Virus record (IMG/VR): IMGVR_UViG_3300042445_000748
Span: 1-64,000 of that record
Strand: one strand, 5' to 3'
Source: a virus
DNA length: 64,000 nt
Translations under genes and position numbers: made by a program
Notes under the pieces: model-generated
The model's input: the letters and a program-made list of their open reading frames with translations, nothing else
Told to the model about the DNA's origin: nothing
The model's database searches: none
Shown here: positions 8,899 through 18,810 of the stretch, one piece after another
How positions within the stretch are numbered: the first letter of the stretch is position 1
How the letters are laid out: the number at the start of each line of letters is the position of its first letter

Positions 8899-9300
8899 CT
8901 ATTCACCCTTTCTAAGTTGATCTATGATAAAAAGCATCTTGTCTAATTCTACCTTATTCATACCCATTGTGTCAACTACCTGTGCATTGTTTTTGTCTAT
9001 ATCTCCATCAACAATATTTGACACATAGAATACATTATTTTTGGTCCAGTAGGCTTTTCCCTCTACAATGAGCACCTTTACGTTAGTGTCTTTAAGATGC
9101 TTTCTTGATTGATTATTTTTAATAACAGCCTTAGTTATTTGATCTACCTGCGGCAATATTGGAGACAAAATTTTGTGTATATGACTTTGACTATAACTTA
9201 TTGAAAAAAAGGGTTCACGTTTGTTTCTTTTATTTATTAAAAACACAATAAAAATAAATATTACAAGTGTTGTTGTTACAGTTCCAAGCAAAAAATCCAT
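8899..9300 (-). CDS. hypothetical membrane-anchored protein
   Basis: N-terminal TM segment. Confidence 0.6.
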   Translation of the reverse strand: MDFLLGTVTTTLVIFIFIVFLINKRNKREPFFSISYSQSHIHKILSPILPQVDQITKAVIKNNQSRKHLKDTNVKVLIVEGKAYWTKNNVFYVSNIVDGDIDKNNAQVVDTMGMNKVELDKMLFIIDQLRKGE

Positions 9301-9639
9301 TTATTGATCCTGATCTTCCATTACAATTCTGATTATTTCTTTTAAACTATATCTATTATTATCTGTTAGTTTATCTACTTCTTTTTTATCAAATGCTTTA
9401 GGCAATATTTTTATCTCTGGATCTTTTTTAGTTATGTCCATAGCAATAAAACCATGTTGCCATAATGCCATTGTCTCTCTACTAAAATATGTAGACATTT
9501 CGTTATGAAGGTCTGGATTAATATCTTGTAGTTTTGAAGTAAAATTATATAGCGGCTCACCAGTTTCTATATCGATACCAGAAACTTCAAGTGCACCAAG
9601 CAAAATAAGATTGGCTATAATGTCTTTATCATCACTCAT
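9301..9639 (-). CDS. hypothetical protein
   Basis: ORF in operon. Confidence 0.6.
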   Translation of the reverse strand: MSDDKDIIANLILLGALEVSGIDIETGEPLYNFTSKLQDINPDLHNEMSTYFSRETMALWQHGFIAMDITKKDPEIKILPKAFDKKEVDKLTDNNRYSLKEIIRIVMEDQDQ

Positions 9640-9649
9640 TGTTAACTTT

Positions 9650-10306
9650 CTATTTTATTCGTGTTATGGAAAATGCAGTTTTTTTACAAGGTTTTAATGC
9701 TGCTGTAATTGCATCTTTTTCTTTTTTATCAACAGACAGTGACCATCTAACCTTAACTGAAATCCAGTTAGTTAAATATTCACAGGTGTATGGTTTATTT
9801 GTTGGTAACCATTCTGCTGGATCTCTATCTGATTTTGATCTATTAGATGAACCTGTTACTGCAATTAAATGACGAGGATCTAATTGATCGTTTGCATACA
9901 TCTCACGTTTTTTTGCATCCCATGCACTAGCACCAGAATCCCAGGCTTCTGCTAATGGAACCATATGATCTACATCAAGTTTCTTTGCGTCAGTAACTTT
10001 TGCACTATCATAAATGCTAAGCCACTCTCCACCAACTATATTACATTTTGAATCAACATTTGGCTTTTTAATTGCTTCAGAAATAATAACAGATTTGCGA
10101 GCATCGCAACCATTTCCAGTTCCAACCCAATGCTTAAATTGTTCTCTTTTGTATCCTGTACGAACCTCATCGGCAACCTTTAATGCATTTAATGCTGATA
10201 AAGCATCTTTATATTTATTATCTACAGCATTTGCTGAAATAGTATTTAAAGATAAAACTGTTGCACAAACTGCAACTAATATTTTATTTTGAATTGTGTT
10301 ACCCAT
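9650..10306 (-). CDS. secreted HNH endonuclease (DUF1524 family)
   Basis: signal peptide (ISANA); GYKREQF.HW, LDVDHMVPLAEAWDSGA, NRSKSDRDPAEWLP. Confidence 0.85.
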   Translation of the reverse strand: MGNTIQNKILVAVCATVLSLNTISANAVDNKYKDALSALNALKVADEVRTGYKREQFKHWVGTGNGCDARKSVIISEAIKKPNVDSKCNIVGGEWLSIYDSAKVTDAKKLDVDHMVPLAEAWDSGASAWDAKKREMYANDQLDPRHLIAVTGSSNRSKSDRDPAEWLPTNKPYTCEYLTNWISVKVRWSLSVDKKEKDAITAALKPCKKTAFSITRIK

Positions 10307-10991
10307 ATATATCTCCCATTTTTTCTACAGTAAAACTACTGTTGTTAGTATAAACAATATTTTTAATATTAGGCAACTTAATTATTTTAGCATCTGAAAT
10401 ATTATTTTTAATTAAATTGCTTACTTGTTCAAAATGTAACTTATCATTTTCAGTCATCCCAGAAACATGCTTAATTCCAATAACAACCTGTTTGTTAGTA
10501 GATAAAGCATCTACATACTGTTTAGCATTTTTACCATTCCATGATTGATAAGTGTCAGTCATTAATGTGGTGTCTTCTTTCCAATCAAACAAACCAAATT
10601 TCCTAATAACGTTTATTGCCCTTGTTGGTAAGGCATCTTCGTGTGTATCTCCAGTGTTAACTATTCTATGATCAAAGACTGTTGGATCTTCCCACGCTCT
10701 TGCAGTATTGTTTTCTTTTGTATCTACCCAAACCACTACATCTGCTTTTCCAAATATAGTTCTATATTGCTCTATATTAAATACAGCATCTACTATTACT
10801 GGTTTATCTTGTTTAGATTCTAAAATTCTTGCTAATTCTCCTAGTTTGTGATAGTATGTTAATTCATTAGGCCCTGACAAAAAATTAGTAAAAGTTTCTT
10901 TATCTAAATGTATGCCGTTAATTCTATCTCTTACTGCATCTGCAATCTCAGTTGCACCAGAACCAGGTAGTCCTATAAATTGAATTATCAT
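10299..10991 (-). CDS. degenerate adenylyl-sulfate kinase-like / nucleotidyltransferase-like fusion
   Basis: IIQFIGLPGSGAT (Walker A Lys missing), PVIVD, VVWVDT; C-terminal HxGH-type region eroded. Confidence 0.6.
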   Translation of the reverse strand: MIIQFIGLPGSGATEIADAVRDRINGIHLDKETFTNFLSGPNELTYYHKLGELARILESKQDKPVIVDAVFNIEQYRTIFGKADVVVWVDTKENNTARAWEDPTVFDHRIVNTGDTHEDALPTRAINVIRKFGLFDWKEDTTLMTDTYQSWNGKNAKQYVDALSTNKQVVIGIKHVSGMTENDKLHFEQVSNLIKNNISDAKIIKLPNIKNIVYTNNSSFTVEKMGDIYG

Positions 10992-10992
10992 T

Positions 10993-11445
10993 TTAACTAA
11001 AGTGCCTGTCGTATTGTAAAACAACTTCTGCAACCATACTATCAATAGATCCAATAGATTTAGTAATCATTAGATCATACTCGTCTTCTAGAGGCTCTTC
11101 CCATTTAAAGTCAGAGGGAGCATTTGGTGGTGGAGTTGGAATAATTGCATCCTTTTCATCAATTGTATTTACCCAAACAGTAAATGTTTTTTCCGCATAA
11201 TAAGAATCCTTGAATTGAGTCCTTGCCTCTTTTGTTGGAAAATATCCACTTGGAACATATAGTTGTATGTTATTTTTTGAGGCCACGCTACCAATTGTTC
11301 TTAGCCATCTTGCGTACGGAGACTCAGTGCTTGCAGTTGGCAATTCTCTGTCTGTACAAAAAAAACCATTCATTTTATCTGAAAATTCTTTTGCTACTTT
11401 ATTTCTAATTTCTGGATCTAAGCCAAAAAACTGAACAGTATACAC
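10993..11445 (-). CDS. degenerate APS-kinase-like protein
   Basis: VQFFGL...AKEFSDKMNG, FPTKEAR..F, VWVNT, WEEP pattern without an intact P-loop. Confidence 0.45.
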   Translation of the reverse strand: MYTVQFFGLDPEIRNKVAKEFSDKMNGFFCTDRELPTASTESPYARWLRTIGSVASKNNIQLYVPSGYFPTKEARTQFKDSYYAEKTFTVWVNTIDEKDAIIPTPPPNAPSDFKWEEPLEDEYDLMITKSIGSIDSMVAEVVLQYDRHFS

Positions 11446-11447
11446 TA

Positions 11448-11696
11448 TCAGTCCTTTCCTTTTAGTTTGTTTTCAATTAATTTATCTCTTTCATCTATAA
11501 TGTTTATAGCAAATTTCATTATTTTATCGTATCCAACTGCGTTATCCACAATTTTATTGTAGTGATGTGCACAAAACAATAGTTCTCCATCTAAACCTAC
11601 AGCCTTAACATAGGCCTGTGCATTACACCTATCACATCTATCGTTTAATGTCAATAGATATTCTTTTACCTCTGGGGTTGTTGTAGTCATTAACAC
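11448..11696 (-). CDS. small zinc-finger protein (actinobacterial type)
   Basis: LTLNDRCDRCNAQAYV...LLFCAHH. Confidence 0.7.
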   Translation of the reverse strand: MLMTTTTPEVKEYLLTLNDRCDRCNAQAYVKAVGLDGELLFCAHHYNKIVDNAVGYDKIMKFAINIIDERDKLIENKLKGKD

Positions 11697-11759
11697 AATT
11701 ATACCTTTGTTTAGTAGTTATACCAATTTTATCATATACCGTGAATTTTGTCCAGTATA

Positions 11760-11945
11760 TTATTTTTTTCTTTTGTCTGTTGAATAAAATCCATCACCAT
11801 TAAATACACTGGCTACTGAATCATATTTTCGAACCAAGGGCACGCTGCACTTTTCACAATCGTACCCTGGATCATTTTCCCTAATTGAGCGAACTTTTAC
11901 GTATTCTGTTTGACATTTTTTACATATATATTCATAGATGGGCAT
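11760..11945 (-). CDS. FmdB family zinc-ribbon protein
   Basis: MPIYEYICKKC...C..C...F.GDGFYSTD. Confidence 0.88.
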   Translation of the reverse strand: MPIYEYICKKCQTEYVKVRSIRENDPGYDCEKCSVPLVRKYDSVASVFNGDGFYSTDKRKK

Positions 11946-12169
11946 TAGGCCACCTTTTTACCAAACCTTGACCAGGCTCTTTCATGTAAGAAATATCCAA
12001 GCATTTCACATGCTGTATAGATTATTGCAAAAGATCCAGCATATTCCCAGTGTGCTTCACCAGTAATTGCCTTTTCAAAAAAATATACTAACGTACCAAC
12101 AAAACCTATGTGAACAAGGGGCCAACTGACCGTCTTATACAAACTTCTTTTCTTTGAATCTTTTGTCAT
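11945..12169 (-). CDS. DUF2061 membrane protein
   Basis: DSKKRSLYKTVSW...YFLHERAW. Confidence 0.8.
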   Translation of the reverse strand: MTKDSKKRSLYKTVSWPLVHIGFVGTLVYFFEKAITGEAHWEYAGSFAIIYTACEMLGYFLHERAWSRFGKKVA

Positions 12170-12201
12170 ATATCTCCTTAATATATTATATCACAAAAAT
12201 G

Positions 12202-13146
12202 CTATATTGACAGTGTTTTGTTTATTTGCCAATACTTTTCTATCATATTTATTTCTTTATAGAAATCTACAATTGTTCTTGGCAAACCTAATAAAGTAAA
12301 ATATTTATTTTCACCCAATAACATTAATTTTTTAACTTCTTTTGTCATTTCATCTTCGTCAAATACCCATATTCTTGTCCAATGATCTGGATTATTCCTA
12401 TCTGTACCAACAAATTTCCACCATCTTTCATCGTATGGAAATGAGTACTTGATATCGTTACCAGCATAATGAACTATTGCATTATTGTACGGAGCAACAA
12501 CATCATATCCTTGACAATATACTGCAATAGACTGCTCTGGTTCTTCAAATGGAAATCTATGGTACGAAGGAAAATTTATTGCCTTAATATCTGAAGATTT
12601 TGCAAATATAAAATTACAAGAAATATAATAATTTTTAAAATATTTTTCATTAACTTTATCCTTATTTGGTACAAACTTAAGTTCAACAACTTCTCCGTGT
12701 ATATCTAGTTGATCAAAGGTTCCTTCTAAGATCCAGTCTGTCTTCCAATTATGCTTACCCTGAATAGATGCTGTAGCCTGCCTAGAGATTATTCTCTTCT
12801 CATTATTCTTAGTTAACTCTTCAATGTCATCTATCAAACATTCATCCCAATTAAGTTCAAAATCTGCATGAGCATCAATGCCCAAAAAATAGGATTCGTC
12901 CTCAATTAGACCCCTTATGGCCTCTCTAATGCCCACTATGCCTGGCAGCCCATCTGCAACATCGCTATCTCTAACAATTTTTACGTTATTAAACATAGAT
13001 AAATCTGGCTCTTGTTTATAGTTAAGCCCAAGTCCAAATACAATATTTTCTGGATAGTATGCTGTATCTAATATGTGGTTCATGGTATCTACCAAATGGG
13101 TATCTTCCCATGCTGGAATTGATACAAATATTTTTTTATTTTTCAT
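12202..13146 (-). CDS. glycosyltransferase, GT60/Skp1-hydroxyproline GlcNAc transferase-like
   Basis: IFVSIPAWED, A.YPENI.FG, ESYFLGIDAH.DF..NWD, FEE...GYDVVAP; start moved to MKNKK. Confidence 0.7.
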   Translation of the reverse strand: MKNKKIFVSIPAWEDTHLVDTMNHILDTAYYPENIVFGLGLNYKQEPDLSMFNNVKIVRDSDVADGLPGIVGIREAIRGLIEDESYFLGIDAHADFELNWDECLIDDIEELTKNNEKRIISRQATASIQGKHNWKTDWILEGTFDQLDIHGEVVELKFVPNKDKVNEKYFKNYYISCNFIFAKSSDIKAINFPSYHRFPFEEPEQSIAVYCQGYDVVAPYNNAIVHYAGNDIKYSFPYDERWWKFVGTDRNNPDHWTRIWVFDEDEMTKEVKKLMLLGENKYFTLLGLPRTIVDFYKEINMIEKYWQINKTLSI

Positions 13147-14008
13147 TTTTCTCCTTATATTTTTTATAGAATTGTTCTGCCCAGTATTTATGAAAGACTG
13201 TGCCATGATGTCCATCTCGTTTTTCCATAGCGATAGAGTTTTTATTTAAAGCAATATAATCTTCATAAGCACGTTCCTCAACTATGGAGGTGTCTACAAA
13301 ATTATCTGAATGCAGATTAAAAAGTTCTAAATCATTAATAAACTCATAATTCCATGTGCTCCAAAAAAAATCTGTTTTAGTTTTGCTGAGTAGGCTTTCA
13401 AAAATTTTAATACTTAAATAGTTATGAATTAAAACCGTATTATAATCGGACTCCGTATACTTTCCTAAAGTTGGCTGTTCTGTATTTTGATCAAAAGCCC
13501 CTACTCTGTAAAAACCACTAGACAAATTATAATCATCTGCATGCATATATGCAGATTGCCTTGGTACGTTAGGTAACATAAAAAATATTGCATCTGGTAG
13601 GCCAAACTCTTTTATGTATTCTGATACGACATTTACAATTTCATCTACCCCTCCGCCAGGAATTCCTATTGAAAAAAAACCAGAACATGTATCATCTTTA
13701 TTGATGCTATCATATAACATTTTGCTCCAGCAATCTTCTATAACAGAACCCTCTCCCCAAGTTTCTGAACATCCAGCAAACAATATGTGATTTTTATCAA
13801 CGTGATCTTTTTTAAATTCATCACATCTCCAACCATAACTGTTTGTTTTTAAATAATATTCTATTCTTTCATTAGTTATGTAATGAGATATGGAATCTAT
13901 TCCATCAAAATTTTTCTCTCTATAGTGTGTTAGAGTTGAAAATGGATATTCTTTATTATAGACTTCTGGCCTAACATCCACTGTTTTGTATTTCCATTTA
14001 CGAGACAT
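13136..14008 (-). CDS. SGNH/GDSL-like protein, paralog 1
   Basis: NSYGWRCDEF, ILFAGCSETWG, GIPGGG, C-terminal RDGHHG. Confidence 0.7.
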   Translation of the reverse strand: MSRKWKYKTVDVRPEVYNKEYPFSTLTHYREKNFDGIDSISHYITNERIEYYLKTNSYGWRCDEFKKDHVDKNHILFAGCSETWGEGSVIEDCWSKMLYDSINKDDTCSGFFSIGIPGGGVDEIVNVVSEYIKEFGLPDAIFFMLPNVPRQSAYMHADDYNLSSGFYRVGAFDQNTEQPTLGKYTESDYNTVLIHNYLSIKIFESLLSKTKTDFFWSTWNYEFINDLELFNLHSDNFVDTSIVEERAYEDYIALNKNSIAMEKRDGHHGTVFHKYWAEQFYKKYKEKNEK

Positions 14009-15441
14009 TATACGATTAAGTCCTTTTTATATACATTCTGCCAATTAATTATATCAGTTTCATCATTTAACAATGGTTGGCCTTTAATATTTAAACTAGT
14101 ATTTAATAAAATTGGAACCTTAGATATTTTGTACCATTTAGACAGTAATTCGTATAATCCAGGATGCTGTTCTTTATTTACAGTCTGAACCCTAGAAGTT
14201 CCATCCTTATGAACTACTGAAGGGATAAGGTCTGGCTTTAAACACTTAACGGCATACTGCATATATGGACTTGTAAAACTCATATCAAACCATTTACTTG
14301 CATGTTCTTCCATAACAACAGGAGCAAACGGTCTAAACAACTCTCTTTTTTTTATTTCATTTACCTTATTTTTAATTTCAGGATCTCTTGGATCAGCAAG
14401 TATGCTTCTATTTCCTAGTGCTCTTGGTCCATATTCTGCTCTTCCACTTGCTACCGCCGCAATTCCGTTATTCACTATTTCATTTAATGCTGCATCGACT
14501 GGATAGTTATCTCCTAAATCATATCCAAGAAATGGTGTTTTAAAATCAATGTGCTTTCCGTACAATGCTGCTGCTGCACCCAGAGAACTTCCAGCATCTC
14601 CAGGGTTTGGCATAATCCATATATCATCAAATATATTCCACAACAATGTATTAGCAGAACAATTAAGAGCACACCCACCCATAAAAACTAATTTATTTTT
14701 TTTAGTTAATCTTTTTGCCATATACATAAAATCTATTAACTTTATTTGATAAACTTCTTGTACTGCTGCGGCAATATCAAACCTATCTTGCTCAGTTATT
14801 TCTGATCCCCAATCAAAAATTCCTTTATGAAAATTATATTTTTGATACCCAATTGATGGAAAGTATTCTAAAACCTTTTTAAAATATTTTTGTTTATCTC
14901 CATAGGCAGCCATGCCCATCATTATGTACTCTTCTTGGTTTGGCATTAGCCCAATAAGTTGAGTAAACGCAGAATAAAATAAACCAAAACTAAAGGGATA
15001 ATTATCTTTGTACATTAACTTAATGTTATTTCCTTCTCCAGTCCAAATAGTAGAGGTGTTGAATTCACCAATTGAATCAAGAACAACTATTGCTGCATCA
15101 TCAAACTTGCTAGTATAGTACCCTGCTGCTGCATGCGAGTAGTGATGTTTAAAATTAGTTCTTGGTATTGCATTAAGATAAGTATGTTCAAACCAAGGCT
15201 TACCGCCACCAAAACCACCACGAGTTTTAACTCTTAGTTTCTTTAAAAATGGATTTTCATAGTAGGCTATTTGATCTGGAATCCCATACTCCAATGCATT
15301 ATCTATTAAACCCTTGTTGGTAAACCAATCATTTTTAACTTTGCTATATCTTTCAGCGTGACCAGCAAATAAAACTTTATCGTCTTGTATTAAAGATATA
15401 GATGCATCATGTGTAGTTTCATTAATTCCCATTATTAACAT
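14008..15441 (-). CDS. carbamoyltransferase (NodU/CmcH/TobZ family)
   Basis: HDAS, ERYSKVKND, HHYSHAA, MGMAAYG, GGCALNC, GDAG, EYGPRALGNRS, RPFAP, LLNTSLN. Confidence 0.95.
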   Translation of the reverse strand: MLIMGINETTHDASISLIQDDKVLFAGHAERYSKVKNDWFTNKGLIDNALEYGIPDQIAYYENPFLKKLRVKTRGGFGGGKPWFEHTYLNAIPRTNFKHHYSHAAAGYYTSKFDDAAIVVLDSIGEFNTSTIWTGEGNNIKLMYKDNYPFSFGLFYSAFTQLIGLMPNQEEYIMMGMAAYGDKQKYFKKVLEYFPSIGYQKYNFHKGIFDWGSEITEQDRFDIAAAVQEVYQIKLIDFMYMAKRLTKKNKLVFMGGCALNCSANTLLWNIFDDIWIMPNPGDAGSSLGAAAALYGKHIDFKTPFLGYDLGDNYPVDAALNEIVNNGIAAVASGRAEYGPRALGNRSILADPRDPEIKNKVNEIKKRELFRPFAPVVMEEHASKWFDMSFTSPYMQYAVKCLKPDLIPSVVHKDGTSRVQTVNKEQHPGLYELLSKWYKISKVPILLNTSLNIKGQPLLNDETDIINWQNVYKKDLIV

Positions 15442-16243
15442 TTTCTACCTCCTTAATTCTGTACATTGCTTCTTTAAACCATGCGTAGTGAACTGCTTCG
15501 CTAGGGTGTGTCTTATCTGATCCAAATATTGTCATATCTTTATCATTATTTTGTATAAAGTCAAATGTATTTTTTGCAAATCTTTCTTTATTTATTTGAT
15601 AATAGGTATTAAAAGAATCTTTCATCATTTGATGCATATACTCTTCAAAATCTGGAATATAGATATCTATAAAATCAGTAACTCCTGTAACCAAGTCTGA
15701 CCAACCAGTTGTAAACAACTTTACGTTATTAGTTTTACACATATCTTCTAATATACTATATAAGTTAAATATAAAAATTTCTACCAAGGTTCCATCTAGT
15801 CCACGAAATGTATTAAACTTAAACCAGTCTCTTCCATAATTTGGAAAAAGTATAAATATATAATCTGGATATCCATGTTTAGATATATACTTGAAAACAT
15901 TAAGTATTATTTCTATCGTTGATCCACCAGACAATCCAACATTAAAGTATCCACTGCACGGAGTATGCTCATTTATCTGATCATATAACTTATATGACCA
16001 ACTTTTTTTAATATCATTTAACCCGCATCCAACGGTTATAGAGCATCCAGCAAATAAAATATTTGTTTTATCTTTGCTAACTTCTGTAAAAGAATCGCTA
16101 ATATATGGGACAAACTCAATTGATTGTTTTGTTAAGTCTGGATTAAGAAATGGACCTATGATATCTTTATTTTTGTGCAACAAGTATTTAAAGTGCTGAG
16201 GTCTTTCTTCTCTATCTTGATTAATTATATCTTCAAATTCCAT
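15422..16243 (-). CDS. SGNH/GDSL-like protein, paralog 2
   Basis: ILFAGCSITVG, YFNVGLSGGS, DKTHP. Confidence 0.7.
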   Translation of the reverse strand: MEFEDIINQDREERPQHFKYLLHKNKDIIGPFLNPDLTKQSIEFVPYISDSFTEVSKDKTNILFAGCSITVGCGLNDIKKSWSYKLYDQINEHTPCSGYFNVGLSGGSTIEIILNVFKYISKHGYPDYIFILFPNYGRDWFKFNTFRGLDGTLVEIFIFNLYSILEDMCKTNNVKLFTTGWSDLVTGVTDFIDIYIPDFEEYMHQMMKDSFNTYYQINKERFAKNTFDFIQNNDKDMTIFGSDKTHPSEAVHYAWFKEAMYRIKEVENVNNGN

Positions 16244-16311
16244 ATTAATATATAAACTCTCTCTTTTTAAAATGTTTTTTATTTTTTCTTAACCAAAAAT
16301 AAAATTTAATT

Positions 16312-17259
16312 TTATATATTATTTTTTTCATTTAAATACCTTTCATAGAAATATTTATACCATGCATGATGAAATGCATTTCCGTGATGTTTATTTTTAT
16401 CTGGTGCAATAAATAAGTATGGATCGTTTGAATTATTTGTAGCAAACTCATAAACATCTTGTTGAATTTTGTAAATATCCATCAACTTAAAGGTTGCGGT
16501 GTATCTTTCTAAATATTCAAGTTGTTCAAAAGGATATCTTTCTTTAAAATTACTGTATAGTCCAGTATCTCCAAACTTTCCTTCAGCAGTTAGTTGATGA
16601 TTGTATACGTCAACATTAAAGTACTCCTTGTCGGCACCACGCAGCAAACTATCAACAATATTTTTTTTATCATTTAGAACCCAACTAGTTGACACTAACT
16701 TTGTGCCATTGCTTTTGCACAAAAACTCTAAATGCCTATATAGTTCTGTAATGATGGGAGTTAAAGATTTTTCTGGCTCTTTAAAATAACTGGCGTCTCT
16801 TTCAATTTCTGGTAACAGAATAAATATTATTTTTGGAAATCCATAAGACTGAATATATTTATTTATGTTTATTAATATCTCAAATATACTTCCAGCACAT
16901 AATCCTAGATTGTAGTAACCATCAATATTGACATCTTTTTTAATTGCTTCATAAAGTCTATATGACCAAGTTTTTTTATACTCTACGCCAGCACCAAAAG
17001 TATTTGAACATCCAGCAAAAAGTATGTGATCTCCATCATGATCTTCTGTAAACTCATCTGAACGAAAGTTGTCTGAATTTAAAGTGTAGTCTAAATCATA
17101 TTTTAACCCATCCTCCAACTCTTCATCTAACAATTCTTCAGATAAAAAATTTCTTTTTTTATTTATTATAATGTTAAATTGTTCTTTTGACATTTCTTTT
17201 AATCCATTGCCTATTAAAAAAAGAGAGTTGTTGTGAAAAAAATCATTATTATTGTTCAT
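16312..17259 (-). CDS. SGNH/GDSL-like protein, paralog 3
   Basis: LNSDNFRSDEF, ILFAGCSNTFG, YYNLGLCAGS, DKNKHHG; start moved to MNNNND. Confidence 0.7.
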   Translation of the reverse strand: MNNNNDFFHNNSLFLIGNGLKEMSKEQFNIIINKKRNFLSEELLDEELEDGLKYDLDYTLNSDNFRSDEFTEDHDGDHILFAGCSNTFGAGVEYKKTWSYRLYEAIKKDVNIDGYYNLGLCAGSIFEILININKYIQSYGFPKIIFILLPEIERDASYFKEPEKSLTPIITELYRHLEFLCKSNGTKLVSTSWVLNDKKNIVDSLLRGADKEYFNVDVYNHQLTAEGKFGDTGLYSNFKERYPFEQLEYLERYTATFKLMDIYKIQQDVYEFATNNSNDPYLFIAPDKNKHHGNAFHHAWYKYFYERYLNEKNNI

Positions 17260-18139
17260 CTGTATACCTGCTGTAAAAATATTTATACCAGGCGTAGTGG
17301 AAACCTTCTCCATGATGTTTTCCAGAATCTGGTGCAACAAGTATATTTTTATTATTTACTAATAAAGAATAATTATATATGTTTTCTTTAAAATCTTCTT
17401 GATATAAAACTTTAAAAGTTGATGAATATTTTTGTAAAGTTGCTAACTCATAATATGGATTTATTTCTTTTAGAAAATCATATACTCCACCTTCTGCGTA
17501 TTTGTTATCTCTAGTCTTATAATCTACATAAGAACTATATTCTTTAGTGTAATATTTTGCCATTTCTTCTTCATCCATATTAAGCCAACTTGTACTGAAT
17601 AGTGATGTGTTTGATTTTTTACATAAGTACTCAAACTCATTATACAGTTCAGCAATTATAGTTGTTAATGATATCTCTGGCTTTACAAAATATCTAATAT
17701 CTCTTTCTATTTCTGGAAACAGTAAAAATATAACATCTGGCATGGAATATCTTCTTATATATCTCTGAACATTTACTAATGTTTCAAAGATGCTTGCTCC
17801 TGAAGCACCCAGATTAAAATAACCACTTAACTTTTCTTCTTTTTTTATTTCTTCGTATAGTCTATATGCCCAGGTTTTTTCATATTCAACTCCTTCTCCA
17901 AAAGTATTTGAACATCCAGCAAAAAGTATGTGCTTGTCTTTATGTTTTTTAATAAACTCATCTGATCTAAAATTATCACTATTTAAGTTATATGAAATAC
18001 CAGTTTTTTTAACGTCATCTTTCATTTTGCTGCTTAATGGGTTTACCAAGAAACCTTTATTTCCCTTTATATTAAAGTTTTTATTTGCATTTGTAGGCTC
18101 ATCATCTGAAGATTCAACTTTATACAACTTTTCTTTCAT
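17249..18139 (-). CDS. SGNH/GDSL-like protein, paralog 4
   Basis: LNSDNFRSDEF, ILFAGCSNTFG, YFNLGASGAS, DSGKHHG. Confidence 0.7.
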   Translation of the reverse strand: MKEKLYKVESSDDEPTNANKNFNIKGNKGFLVNPLSSKMKDDVKKTGISYNLNSDNFRSDEFIKKHKDKHILFAGCSNTFGEGVEYEKTWAYRLYEEIKKEEKLSGYFNLGASGASIFETLVNVQRYIRRYSMPDVIFLLFPEIERDIRYFVKPEISLTTIIAELYNEFEYLCKKSNTSLFSTSWLNMDEEEMAKYYTKEYSSYVDYKTRDNKYAEGGVYDFLKEINPYYELATLQKYSSTFKVLYQEDFKENIYNYSLLVNNKNILVAPDSGKHHGEGFHYAWYKYFYSRYTDEQ

Positions 18140-18810
18140 TCTTGACCTGTAGAATTTCTAATCATGTCAGATGGTACATTATGAAACCAAGTAGGTACTG
18201 CATACCTCGGTCCCTTTAAAACAGAGTCAACTTCGTGAACATATAAAAAGTTAGATGGAAAGAATACAATACTACCTGCCGATGGTTTAATGGTTACATT
18301 TGATTGCTTAAATGTTATTTCTCCACCAACATAGTCATCATTAAGGTATAGCAGTACAGACAAAACCCTTGTACTAACTCCTTGGTCTTGATGTGGTGGC
18401 AAATATCCAGTCTTATCATATCTTAATAAACTAGTTGCGTGTTCTTTTGCTTTAACATTTTTTTGTGCAAATGGATATAGTTTGGTTGAATAATGTTTTA
18501 ATGCTTCATCAATTGATCCATGTATTCTAGAAGATATATTTCTTTGTTCATCTCTAAAGGTATCATCTTCTGATATCTGTTCCATAGTTGGAATAAATTT
18601 TTGCCAACAAAATATTTCTTTGGTTCCAGCACTTTCATTAACCCAAGGAGACCATGGTTGAACAACTGTTTTTTGTTTAACATCTTCAGGACTATTCAAT
18701 AGTCTTTCTTCTAAATCTTCTATATTTCTTATAATCTGATCAGTATTTTTTACAATATTTTTATAATATACTAATCCTAAATCTAGTACCTCATGATCTA
18801 TTAGATTCAC
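18136..18810 (-). CDS. 2OG-Fe(II) oxygenase (P4H-like)
   Basis: HQD...YLNDDYVGGEITF...HEVDSVLKGPRY. Confidence 0.9.
   Translation of the reverse strand: MNLIDHEVLDLGLVYYKNIVKNTDQIIRNIEDLEERLLNSPEDVKQKTVVQPWSPWVNESAGTKEIFCWQKFIPTMEQISEDDTFRDEQRNISSRIHGSIDEALKHYSTKLYPFAQKNVKAKEHATSLLRYDKTGYLPPHQDQGVSTRVLSVLLYLNDDYVGGEITFKQSNVTIKPSAGSIVFFPSNFLYVHEVDSVLKGPRYAVPTWFHNVPSDMIRNSTGQE

Noticed and set aside
16312-18139. Diversity-generating retroelement template/variable repeat pair
   Set aside because: The similarity is between two whole paralogous ORFs, and no reverse transcriptase is present in the window
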